64,000 nt of DNA from Setoptus koraiensis. Taxonomy: Eukaryota > Animalia > Arthropoda. The DNA lies in assembly GCA_048013815.1 (NCBI GenBank), contig CM106586.1:13640001-13704000 (forward strand). The letters run 5' to 3'. The translations under genes and the position numbers were made by a program. Of the stretch, positions 13,301 through 24,800 are shown piece after piece. The notes beneath the pieces are model-generated. The model did not search any database. It saw only the letters and a program-made list of their open reading frames with translations, and was not told the DNA's origin. Position 1 is the first letter of the stretch. Each line of letters starts with the position of its first letter.

Positions 13301-15477
13301 TCTCTTGGTGGGATAATAGAACGCCGAGAACCCGACACCAAAAATAAGTCTGAGCATGTGTGAGCAACACAGTAGTATGGTTGCACGCGAGAGTTATTCC
13401 AGGGGAGGCTCACAAAATGAGAAAAAATAGTTGTAATCAGTAATTGGGTACTACGCTTAACTTCAAAACCGCTGAAACAAAATCGCAAAATTTGCCCTTT
13501 TTATTTTCGCCCTCGTGTTCGAGCTCGAAAATTATCATGGTTGCCCGACAGGCAACAGAAGCTTGTTCTCGACAAGCTCCTCGAGCTTCAAGCTTTTCGG
13601 TGCCTGTTCTCTGGCAAGAAATCAATGGTCAATACTAGGGGCCTCATACTCAATATTTTCAAAAAAAAAAACTGCTAGAGTGGTCCAAATCGATTGAAAG
13701 TAGCGCTCGCTATCGGTGCACTGTTGAGATGAACAGAGACAAGTCGATTTCTGTTGATTGGCGTCCCAATCAGCCAATGATGCTCGAATGCATTTTTTGC
13801 TACGGTTTTTTTGATACAGGGCATCCATTAATATTTGTTGTTGACATGTATTTGGAGGAAACACACTCGCAACTGTCGGTTCAGTACAGACTAACGACTG
13901 AACGCGAATTGTACTTTGGAGTTGATGAAGCGTAAAAAATATTAGCACCTCACAGGTATATAAATGATTTAGAAAAGATCTGTCTGTTATCTATTGAATA
14001 AAGGCGCGAGAAATTCCACGCGAATCACCTTTATATTACGACCTGTTATCTCGGAAGTCAACTCACATCTGGCTGTTATAACTGATGTACACATGATATA
14101 AAGAGAGTGCTCAAAATATAAATCAGAGAAACGGATGCAAACTTTATTTGCATACTGCAAATCAGTCGCATAATAATTCCGTTAGTTCAGTCATACTAAT
14201 ACTGTACTATAGCGAACGTTCGCAAGCTATTTCTTGCGCATGAATATCATTATATGAATGGCGGAACAATGCCATAAGTCTTATCTTGTTTCTATTTGAT
14301 GAAAGCAGCTGAAACATGCTGACGTTGATGTTCAGATAGCGCAATCATCATCTACATAACAACAATAACTAACCGCTTCCAATAACGAACATAGGCTATA
14401 GGTTGAGGTATACGACAGAAACCAGAAACATTTTTTGGAGATAAACATTATCAGTGTCAATCATTCGAGGTCTCTATCGGACACATTCTTTCGTCCAAGT
14501 CCAAAGAACTGTCCGATAGAAACCGTTCTTCAGTCTGTTAACAGTGCTATAGATTACGCCAACTAAAACCAGATATTCCTAACAAAGTCAATTTCCAGAT
14601 TAAACGGGGGGATCTAGATTGCACAAAAAAGAAGCACAGTGGTCCGAAACAGATCAGTAAATCAGACTGGCATTGACGATCATCACGAATGATAAAAATT
14701 TTTGGAAGAGACATACAAGTTTCTTCTAACTTGATTATCGATTTTTTGCACATTGGTGTCAAAAAAATCAACTCGGGCTCAGTTACTCCGCAATCCAAAA
14801 TAATAAATTGACAGGCCATGTTCATAGCTGGTCTTAAAGGCTATCGAAAATACCTCCTTCTCAATCCGGCAATTCGGCGGTTCATTTTTTCCCTAACCTG
14901 AACATTTAGTGGGAAATTCCGTAGGCACACTGAAAATAAATTTAAACTATTGAATAATTGTAGGTTTATGGTTGCATAAGTTGATATATTTTTGCATTAT
15001 TTGTCAGATAACAACACAGCTGTACAAAATGTTCGAACACTTGCAAACAATGATTTGTTTATCAGAAATCCACAGGAGAACATTCCATGTTTCTGTCTGA
15101 GGTCCAAGTCATCAGATGAAGAATCCGTCATGACTTTAAAATGACAAGCTATATTGCACCATATTGTATTTTTTTTTTTACATTTACTATTGTGTTAGAT
15201 ATACACAGAATGTATGTTTATGATGTTATCACATTTTAGAGTTGAACTAGTCCGAAATCTGGTTTCTCTCGCAAGTCAGTCTTGAATAAGTTTTAATCAG
15301 GTGAACATGTTATAGAGGTCCTTTTACCTTCTAAAATCTGTCGAGCGTTATTGCGAATTTTGTCAAAACGCTGATCTTGCTGTTTTCGGTGATTCCCTTG
15401 TTAGACTCGTACATACCAATATCCACCAAGGCACCTCGTAATCAATCAGCAAAAATAATTAGCATAAGCAATGTAAC

Positions 15478-18400
15478 CTACAAATTATTTGCCATTGATG
15501 TGATTTCAAGCACTGATTCTACGAGATTTTTTGACATGAATCTATCTAGGTACAAATCTATTACTTTCCCAGGTTCGAACATGTTGAATGCGTTATCACT
15601 GAATTGATAACGGATCGGCTTGAAATGTGTCTTGTAGATGTTATCCGTTGCGTTGTCCAATGATGGGTCGTTCTGACTTGGAGATGCCCCATTCACAGTG
15701 CTAGAAGATTGCAATAAGGTCGCGTATTTTTCTGGTGGTAAATTGTTGAAATTCAACTCCAACCACACAAACATTGCTATAGAATCGGATATTAATGTCA
15801 ATCGATATGTACAAGGCCAATTGATAAATGTGTTGCTGTTTGAAGGGTTGGGGCTATTGGGATAGTTATAAGACAATGATTCGAATGGACCTTGTATTTG
15901 ATCTATAACTATACGAGGTAAACGCATTCCTGTTATTTTGGCCGGTATCACGGGCATTAGATAGTTTTCTATCTGACTCAATCCTATTAACGGTTGATGC
16001 TCCAAAGTGACCTGGAATACACCCGCTGATCCTGAAACTAGTCCAGCTAATTTGTATATACGGTTCAAATCATTCTCATAAATCCTAGTAACGTTCAATG
16101 GTTTCGTATTATAAACGTTGACTCTATCGCGCCATATTGCACTAAATGAGGACCACCTGTATAACTTTATAGTGACGTTAAAAGAGCTCAGCTTATCGAA
16201 TAGATCATCTCTTACTAAATCGACAACAAATTGTTGAGGCGTAGCCGACGGAGTTAAAACTTGTTGTACAGCCGAGAAAGCATTAGTTGGTTGATTCAAA
16301 TTAACGAGATATGGCACAATGTGTATGGGAAAGAAGAAACGTCGCGCAAAATAATGCAACATCTTCCACTTGCCACCGAACTCTATAGAGGCCCATGTGG
16401 GTGCTTGCCATACGTCATTCAATTGCCAGTAAAGTGCACCCATGGTATGCCCAAGATTATCCTGATTTGAGATGGCCCTGTTTCTTCGATAAAACTCGGT
16501 CTCTGTTTTTATCGAGATCGCTTGTGTCAATTGAGACAAGTAAATGAATGATTTCAATTTATCAACTCCGCCACTGTCTACCTCATTAAAGTGCGCCTTA
16601 ATCTGTAATTTGATTTCGAACTCGCCTGATAGTCTATGCTGTCGGTGAAGTATGTTGGGTGTGAGTGGATACTTCCAGTCGCTAGAATTGGTGATCATGG
16701 CTAAAGCTCCAAAGGATGGATAGGATTGGAAGCCATATTCACTGGCAAATCTTGCTGATGGGTACGAGGTCCAATCAAAAGAATCCGACAAATAATCATA
16801 ATGATGCACATCGCCGTACTTGTTATCGTTTGGGGTCCGGCTGATTGCATTTGGCTGCGCTTGTGACATAAGACCATTAGTCGGACTAGACTCAAGATAA
16901 GGCCTTGTAGGATCGAGTATTTGAACTATGGGACGTATAGTGTCAACATACATTTTGGAATACATTTCTCTCAATTGTTTCGACCACATTACAACCTCAG
17001 GCCACCAAGGGCTAGATATAGCAACTTCATTTTCATTGTTGCCCGCCCACAGGACTATAGATGGATGGTGCTGGAGTCGTTGGATCTGCTGTTCAATCTC
17101 AGATCGCACCGATTGTAAGAAAGCTTGGTCCACTGGATATAAGGCACAAGCGAACATAAGATCATGCCAAATCATTATGCCCATTTCGTCAGCCAACTCG
17201 TAGAATTCGTCGCTCTCGTACAGGCCGCCACCCCAAACTCTCAGCATATTCATATTGGCATCTTTAGCCGATTTCAGTAGGTATCTCAAGTAATCTTTGT
17301 CCGCACTCATTTCCGGTAACACATGCGAAGGTATCCAATTAGAGCCCATAGCAAATATATCTATTCCGTTCATTCGGAACTTGAATGTAAGACCAAGTTC
17401 AGCGTCATCCCTCGTCACAGGCTCTTGTATTAGTTCAACTGATCTGAAGCCAATTCTTATCGATTTCTCACTGATTTGTAGTAAATTTCTGTCCTTGCCT
17501 GTAGTATCAAATGAAGAATCCATTCTACCTTGGTGTAGGGGCTTAACTTGGAATCCTCCATCTTGTGTGGGATAAATTCTTATGTGTTCGGGTTGTGGAG
17601 GTTTTGGTGCCACCTGACTTATTCGCGCTTGCAACCTATATAGAGGCTGATTTCCTGCATTGTTGGGCCACCACGTTTTTATTCGAATCTTATTATGATC
17701 AATGCGAAGATTAAATCCCAATCTAATAACACCCTCTGAGTTTGACACCACATTCATGTGATCAGACTCGTAATGGAGAATATTGTCTAAGTTAAACTCA
17801 ATATGCAGATCGTAGCTCTGCATTGGTTGCGACATTTCCGCCACAAGTGTTACTTTAAGTAGCCAGTTTTCGTCTATTTTGTACAATTGATTTTTGCTTA
17901 CTACATTTCCTAATTGCTCTGCTTCATTGACTTTCTGGTTAATGGTATCTCTATTGTTGAATATGTTGCTGATTTGTGGAGGAGGTAAGCTAGATTGCTG
18001 CTGATCGTTAACATTATTTACAAAAATATTCAAAGGCGATCTTTGTGGGGATGTAGGAGGTGCCTGTTTTGTTTCGACAAGTATATCTCTTATTATACCA
18101 AAGTTACCATACTCAATTCCAATAGTTTTATATATGCCCACAGATGGAAAGGCAGGTCCCCAGTCCCAACTGAAAGATGCTTGCATTTTTCTTATGAAAT
18201 TGATATGACATTCGCCTCGTTGAGCCGGCGACGGACAGTAAGGCGGAATTATTTTTCCACGATTACTGAGAATACTTTGATGGCTCTTCCGCGCCCCATA
18301 TTTAATCGGGGATTCAAAGAAAATCTGCAAAGTGTTTTGAAGGCCTGCTAAACGAAGGTATGGTTTCATATCAAATTTGTATCTAACGAACATATTATCA

Positions 18401-18906
18401 CTCGTGCCTATTATATGTCCGTTAAGTGCTAATGTGCTGACAGTGTCCAAACCATGAGCAACAAGCTTCACATATTGGCTTCTAGCAATATTGTCATCAA
18501 TTGCAAATGTTGATATATAAGTCCAATTTTCGTTTCCTACCCAACGATAATTCATGTCATTCTTACCATAGAGAATATCTTGCTTGAGAATGTTGGCTCT
18601 CCGAAGATCTGTGTAGATTCCTCCTGGTACAATAGCTGGCACACTAATCGAACCATTAACATTTCTAACAAGCCAATCATTGCCATTCAATGAGATCATT
18701 TGTTGTAGCAGTGATAACTTTACATTTGAGGATAGTGTTAGAATGATGATAATGATGGTGGTAATAATATTATTGAGAATAGATAGGTTGTTGTATGTTA
18801 CCAATCGGAATCGGTTGCATCTATTTGTTGAGACCAGAGATCGTGTCCCATGAGATGGCAGTTGTTGTTGTATAATTTGATACATCTTTGCAGTCTTTGG
18901 CCTCAT
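15478..18906 (-). CDS. MANBA: Beta-mannosidase (glycoside hydrolase family 2), single uninterrupted 1142-codon ORF
   Basis: Translation shows GH2 beta-mannosidase motifs: N-terminal SLNGNDWLVRN..VPGGIYTDL..NDMNYRWV, HINFIRKMQASFSWDWGPAFP, GSNWIP, ANMNMLRVWGGGLYE, acid/base WAGNNENE, nucleophile RFASEYGFQS, MGALYWQLNDVWQAPTWASIEFGGKWKMLHY. Hydrophobic signal-like stretch at aa ~47-58. Start could be Met1 (18906) or Met8. Confidence 0.96.
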   Translation of the reverse strand: MRPKTAKMYQIIQQQLPSHGTRSLVSTNRCNRFRLVTYNNLSILNNIITTIIIIILTLSSNVKLSLLQQMISLNGNDWLVRNVNGSISVPAIVPGGIYTDLRRANILKQDILYGKNDMNYRWVGNENWTYISTFAIDDNIARSQYVKLVAHGLDTVSTLALNGHIIGTSDNMFVRYKFDMKPYLRLAGLQNTLQIFFESPIKYGARKSHQSILSNRGKIIPPYCPSPAQRGECHINFIRKMQASFSWDWGPAFPSVGIYKTIGIEYGNFGIIRDILVETKQAPPTSPQRSPLNIFVNNVNDQQQSSLPPPQISNIFNNRDTINQKVNEAEQLGNVVSKNQLYKIDENWLLKVTLVAEMSQPMQSYDLHIEFNLDNILHYESDHMNVVSNSEGVIRLGFNLRIDHNKIRIKTWWPNNAGNQPLYRLQARISQVAPKPPQPEHIRIYPTQDGGFQVKPLHQGRMDSSFDTTGKDRNLLQISEKSIRIGFRSVELIQEPVTRDDAELGLTFKFRMNGIDIFAMGSNWIPSHVLPEMSADKDYLRYLLKSAKDANMNMLRVWGGGLYESDEFYELADEMGIMIWHDLMFACALYPVDQAFLQSVRSEIEQQIQRLQHHPSIVLWAGNNENEVAISSPWWPEVVMWSKQLREMYSKMYVDTIRPIVQILDPTRPYLESSPTNGLMSQAQPNAISRTPNDNKYGDVHHYDYLSDSFDWTSYPSARFASEYGFQSYPSFGALAMITNSSDWKYPLTPNILHRQHRLSGEFEIKLQIKAHFNEVDSGGVDKLKSFIYLSQLTQAISIKTETEFYRRNRAISNQDNLGHTMGALYWQLNDVWQAPTWASIEFGGKWKMLHYFARRFFFPIHIVPYLVNLNQPTNAFSAVQQVLTPSATPQQFVVDLVRDDLFDKLSSFNVTIKLYRWSSFSAIWRDRVNVYNTKPLNVTRIYENDLNRIYKLAGLVSGSAGVFQVTLEHQPLIGLSQIENYLMPVIPAKITGMRLPRIVIDQIQGPFESLSYNYPNSPNPSNSNTFINWPCTYRLTLISDSIAMFVWLELNFNNLPPEKYATLLQSSSTVNGASPSQNDPSLDNATDNIYKTHFKPIRYQFSDNAFNMFEPGKVIDLYLDRFMSKNLVESVLEITSMANNL

Positions 18907-20000
18907 CTAATTGGCTATTATTGTAGATATCGAAAATATTGCTTTTGCGCTTGATTTTTGCTTATTGTTGGCATTATAATATAACTATTACAAAAATAGA
19001 TTCTCTGCTTGGCGTGAGTCCTACAGGAATGTGATCGCTAGATAAGTATCTCTCTATTCGCATAAAACAGGTTGTAAGAGAGTAGACATTTTTTCCGTTT
19101 ATTACAGGATCAAAGTGTGACCATCCTGCACGTATGTATGCTGATAAAGTTGCCACCTAGTCAGGTCATTCCACATGGTACTAATGAGACATCATTGATT
19201 TTCAGGAGGCGATCATCGTCAGTATATTTTTCTTTTTTGTTTTGTATTTTTCTTGTGGCGGAATCATACATTTATATTGATTCACTGCTTTTAATTATGA
19301 GACGATCTGACTGACAATCTGTTGCATTTAATTAGAATGAGGATATATTAACCATTAACATTTGATGCTTAAATACAGTCTTGGGCAATTTCGTTCTCCC
19401 ACTTAATTACTCGAACAGTAGATATCTCTTGGCGCTCTCTTGGGATTTGTTATGATCTAGTGAGATATAGTTGCTGAGTTTGCTACAAAATTTCTTAGTC
19501 TGCACAAGTTAAATCGACTTCGGCATGACAGAGCAATTCGGTGTAGCTGCAGAAAACTACTGAATATTTGGGAATAATTATTATAAATAATTAATCAATA
19601 CGGTGCTTATGATAGTGTTGGCCATACTATTGGGTGTTCTGAAAAAGCCTCAGATGAAATCATTCTCAAGCTGACCATGAATGATTGTCGTGAAATCAGT
19701 TTAGTGCATACAGCGCCGTCTCACAACGAGATGCCGCACTGGCCTTCCAACATAGTCGTTTCACCTGATCTTATTTTTATAGTACGATCATACGGTAGTA
19801 AATGCCTAATCAGCACCAACAAGATTATGATCTCTCGTCAAGCCATAACGCTAATCTAGATGATTATATCAAATCACGCAATGTTTGCCTAGCTACATCA
19901 TCGATTGTTTGATAAACCATTTCAAAAATAATCTCCGACGCGCGAGATTGATCCGTTTTACCGATATAAAGAGCCGTTTTTTACACAATCAGTTCTATTA

Positions 20001-20010
20001 TTTATTTATT
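20001..20010 (-). terminator. Two overlapping AATAAA polyadenylation signals just downstream of the bmm stop codon
   Basis: Plus strand reads TTTATTTATT, ~20-30 nt past the TGA at 20030-20032. Confidence 0.5.
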
Positions 20011-20029
20011 TTTTTTATCTGTGGACCGA

Positions 20030-21895
20030 TCATGGAGACAATCTTTGATACAACGCTTTGATTACTAATAATGCTTCGGGTGATAGTTTCTCTAACGGCG
20101 ACATGTTTTTACACATACATTTACATTTCTCGAAGTCAGTCACAATCGAATGCAAGAATGATATCAAATTGTATAATTTAGAAGAGAGTTCCTGACTGAT
20201 TTGCGGTATCTGTTTAACCAGGCTGTTTATGATCAATAATGAGATATTGATTGGTGAGAGCCAAGGAAGTATTATCAGCGATCTCCATGGTTGTGAGTAA
20301 CAAAATCTAACCAGTTGGTATCGATAAGAAACCGATTCGTCGGACTTTTTAGCGTCGATTGTTATGTTATTGGCTGGAGACAGCTGTTGTTCCAATTGAT
20401 AGCATGCATCTTGAATCAGTTGAACAAATTGCTCTGGTAATGAATCTAGCATGACAGTCTTGCGCCTTTCCTCACAATCGTCACAGTTATTACGAATTTT
20501 ATACATTAACTCACTGAAGGTGGCTCTTGTGATTTCGCGAGCCGAGCTTGCTAGCTTACCAGCTTTACTTTCATGATTATTTGCGGCCCGCAAATGATCC
20601 TGTTTAGTAGTGTTTGCTTGGTCAGAGTTTTTAGATTTTCTTTGGTTGATAAATTTATTATATCTTCTTCTGGTCCCTTGACAACTTGTGGGCCAAGTCT
20701 TGAACTCTTCTGGTATGTTAGCAACACGGGAACTAATATCCATAAAAAAATCCTCATCTCCCTCTGCGAATCCATCATCTTCGTCTTCGCGGATCTTATA
20801 TATTGGCAACGACGATTGACGTTTGAATATCTTGGTTTGACGAGAGGATCCGAAATTTTCCTCTTTAGTATCCGGATCCCGTTCCTTTTCCTCTTCATTA
20901 TTACCCTCATCCTCCTCTCTGATAGATTCCTCATTTATATCAATCAATTTATGCAGTCCTCTTTCTTGTCTTACAATTATACAACGTGTACAACTGATAC
21001 GATTTGTGGTCTGTAGGAAACGTATTCCATCCTCGAAACCCAATTGACACAATTGACTTAATATTTTGGGTGAAGGTGGTAACAAGGCGCATTTAACTTT
21101 ATAGATATTGTCCGCGGATAACAGAAATGACATATTTGCTATGGTCACTTGAACAAGATTATGTGATCTGTCTAACGGACATATATCTGATTCGCCTGCA
21201 AAAGGTGACACTGTAACAGTGTTCTTATCAATACGTGGTAAATTATCACTAAAACCACCATCGATGTATGCTTCGCCGCGATATATAGGGGGTATGAGAC
21301 CTGACCAAAAAGGTATGAAACAACTGCAGATCATAAGTTGCATCAAATCTTCGCGAGTATCAAATTGGTTTATTATGATATTTTTTCCATCTCTAACTCG
21401 TGTCAAGCTAATATGTAATTTTCCCGAAGCTTTTCGATGACAGTCCTGAGGCATGCCTCTGTCTATTGCCTCCCAGAGAACTTTATTGATGTCAAAACTT
21501 GGATGAAATGGTCCTAACATTGTACTACGAGCCTTGATGGCAATCCTGAGTATTTCATGTGTGGTTAGGGCCAATTGAGGACTTCCGCAAATGTGTGCGC
21601 AAGCGACAACACATCCCACAGAGGTGCCAGTCATCTTGTGCATTGACAATTGAGGGGCATATTGATGAAAGCATGATGCAACTCCGACGTGATACATGCC
21701 TGAATATTATCCAAGAAGACAATCGGAAGTAAGTGTTGCTCAAGATTAGTATGATACATTTGTGAAAGGAAGACAAGTTGGAGGAAATAGAGTCATTTGT
21801 AGTCATATCAACTCACCGAGAAACCCACATCCGGAGTAAGAGAGATTCAGCTCATCTGAAAAAATGGGCGATGGCGCACTACCGCGAGTAAGCAT
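20030..21895 (-). CDS. bmm: Patatin-like triacylglycerol lipase (brummer/ATGL, PNPLA2-like); join(21817..21895, 20030..21699), ~582 aa
   Basis: Exon 1 ends LNLSYSGCGFL-G and exon 2 continues MYHVGVASCF, rebuilding the patatin GCGFLG loop across a phase-1 GT..AG intron. Nucleophile elbow GTSVG, catalytic DGGFSDNLP, and VSPFAGESDICP are present. The ATG at 21895 is the first in-frame ATG; an upstream exon (acceptor-like TTTTAGTTAG at ~22070-22079) cannot be excluded. Confidence 0.93.
21700..21816 (-). other. Spliceosomal intron of bmm/ATGL (117 bp, phase 1)
   Basis: Donor CTCG|GTGAGT, acceptor ATATTCAG|GC; splicing restores the GCGFLG-MYHVG motif; in-frame TGA inside the intron. Confidence 0.9.
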
Positions 21896-24800
21896 GTTAT
21901 TTGGGCTAACTTCGAATGATGCTCCGTTTTCTTTAGTTAATGTATCCTTCGGATGTAATGTTTTCTTGAAGAAAGTCAGGAAATTACTAAAAATTCGCGG
22001 TACCTTTTGCGCCACAACGCCAATTATAATGAGCGAGATGCTTGATGTGGTGGCGGTGTTGCTGGCAAGCTAACTAAAACAATAATAACAATGAAATTCA
22101 ACTTTGATTTGTAAATATTCGATAGATTAGTGTAGATACGCTGCTGTTGGCGATCAGATCACTTAATACAGTTTGTGCGACTATTATTGAATTATATCAC
22201 AATCCAGAATAGATATTCTTCCTAGTTCTTGTTATCTGATAATAATTTCGTTATTATTGTGTGAATTACTACTATTATTCTTGGGACATTGAACAACAAT
22301 AATAATGTACTAGCAATCCTGTAGTGAAGCAATGGGGAGGAGCAAGTTGGAATCTTTGGTGAGATCGTATCGTTTGTGGGCATGAACACTTGTTTTCTTT
22401 GATAAATAATCAGCAGTAATCTATAGCAATCATCAGCTAAATCTCTCGTTTGATTTTGTCGTCGTCCTGTTGTTGTTGTGGTTGTTATACAACATTTATG
22501 CGTTATATGTGTGTGAGCAGTGTTACTAACAATCATGAACTCTGAGTAGTTTTGGTGGTAGTTTTCATGTGTCACACAGAGACACCCTACATTGAACTAT
22601 AATGATATTGGAGTGGAGATGATACGACTATATGCATAATACAATCACCACTCTTACACTAGCAAAGACCAGACCAAATAATTGTTGTTGCTGTAACCAC
22701 TGGTGATAAGAGAATTCAGTTCTGAATTGGTAAGGCTGTAACTAGTGTATTGAGAGAGTTGAGTGTGTGTGTGAGTATCTCGAAAGATTCGCTAAGATAG
22801 GTGGATTAGCTGATGTTGATTCTGAGGTGATTGTTGCATGGAACACGTTTCTTTTGCATCTGCTTGCAAGCTTGATTTTAGATTAGTTGCTGGCTTATTG
22901 CAGAATAGAAGGCAACCATAAAGGTGGCGGGTATAACCAGGCTGATGGTGGTAATGGTGTTTGTGTATAGTAAGTATTTCAAGTACTTTAGTAAGGAAGT
23001 TGTTGTTGCATGTACGTTCAATACGTTTTGATGTTGTTAAGATAGAAGATCAGCGCAAACAAGTATATGTTGTGATGATAGTTGCTGAGGCTTATAGCAT
23101 AGTTTTCAGACGTATGCATGTATAACTATATCTGTGCGTCTATGTCATGAATATATAGATTGATAGGCGCCAGTAGTAATAATAATGACGGATTGATGAT
23201 GCTGCTGTTGTTGATAAATAGTTATGCCGATAGATAGATTGAAAGATAGATAGATAATAATCTTCAAATATGGTCCGATGAGTTGCGCTCAAGCCTGGAG
23301 AGTAATAATAATAACAATTTTGTGTTTGTAGGCTACAGATAATGCCGTTGATGATGATTGCGTTGATATAGAACAATGATATATATATACATGTACGCCA
23401 CCAGGCAATATAGTAGAGACAACAACGATAATAGTAATAGTAATAATAATAGTAATAATAATGTTAATAATATGTTAGCTAAGGTCTGACAACAATAAGT
23501 CAAGTACGAGTTGGAGTGATTGTGTGTGCATGTGTCGTCATTTGTTGTTATAAATCTCAAATGGTTGTGATAAATTACAATAAAGGTATAGCCTCGTTAT
23601 CCTCATCTCAGAGATTGCTCTGTCTGTTCTATAAAATTCTTTCGTGTGAGCGACAACACTACTACTACTCATATTGTGGTTTGATTATTGTCGTGTATAC
23701 ATTTCTTGTTCCAGTCTACAATATATAATTGACGTGTGTGTGTCGAAGCTTGATATTTTTAGTAGTGTAGCTTTTTATGTTTATCTTGTCGCGCTTGAAT
23801 CAAACGTTTCCAGCTCCAATGGTGCCTTTCTCGGAATAATGCATTACATTCTTTGTGAGCTATCACACTTTCTTGTTTGCTCCAACTACAATTATTTTTT
23901 AACCATAACTAATTAGTAGTGATAATTAATAACTATATTGATATAATGTACATGTATATGTATGTGTGTAAATATAATAACAGATATACGTTACGCCCGC
24001 CTGATCAGAGATATAAATTGTACGATAATAATTGAAAGTTGCCCAACTGTTGACGTCGACTTCGTACAAAATATATATTTAGAATGCTCTCAAATCACTG
24101 CATGCATCGGTCAGTCAACATTTCAACAGATCGATACCATTGTTTTCTTCGCGCGCTGAATTTCTCTCAAACACGAACATATGTGAGGGGTGTTTCTATT
24201 GCGCCAAATGCTGCACTTGAAAGTGCAACTCGCCATTAGGAACCAGTTGAGACGCGTTTTGTAATGATGAAATCATATCATTGAATATCTCTCAATAAGT
24301 TTCGATAAGAATTGAAAGTGCAAACAAATACGACCATACTCATGTTTTCAGAAAGCAACTTTCACTTGTCTTGTTCCACCAATCTCATGATCTGTCAACA
24401 AGGAATATTCACATATCCATGAGATATTGGTAGTTTCGCAACACCGATACACGTGGTTGTGGAGCGATGCAGTCTAACCGGCAATTGGCCTTTTGCGATT
24501 AGTGTTAATGAGGCCAAACAAAGCAGCCCTGATCAGATTTACAATTGTTAACCTGTTTGCGTCAAAAAAAAAAGAAAAAAATTATGCAACATTCGACACC
24601 ATTGAGATGTCTTACGTTTAGAGCCAAGAGAGTTTAAATTTGCCAGATGGGTAGCGAATGCAAATTAGTCACGTAACATCTTAGCCAGCCATTTGAATGT
24701 CGATGGCATGCAGACGTGGCTTCTGTCCGATTTTGTTCACAATGCAACAACCACGCCGATCAACATGAAACCACTTGTGGCAGCTCGCGGATGTTTGTGT

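Noticed and set aside
14635-14642. CACAGTGG, a Transib/RSS-like terminal motif
   Set aside because: No matching inverted end or transposase nearby; an 8-mer is expected by chance.
14892-14899. CCTAACCT as a telomerase RNA template for TTAGG
   Set aside because: About two such 8-mers are expected by chance; no supporting promoter or structure seen.
15258-15269. U5 snRNA-like 5' sequence TCTGGTTTCTCT
   Set aside because: No loop I (GCCTTTTAC) or Sm site follows.
17850-18066. MANBA insertion as an unspliced intron
   Set aside because: No convincing donor/acceptor pair at its edges and composition is coding-like (P/Q/N-rich).
15478-18906. Bacterial horizontal transfer of beta-mannosidase
   Set aside because: Motifs look animal-type and other genes here are also intron-poor, so intron loss suffices; a phylogeny would be decisive.
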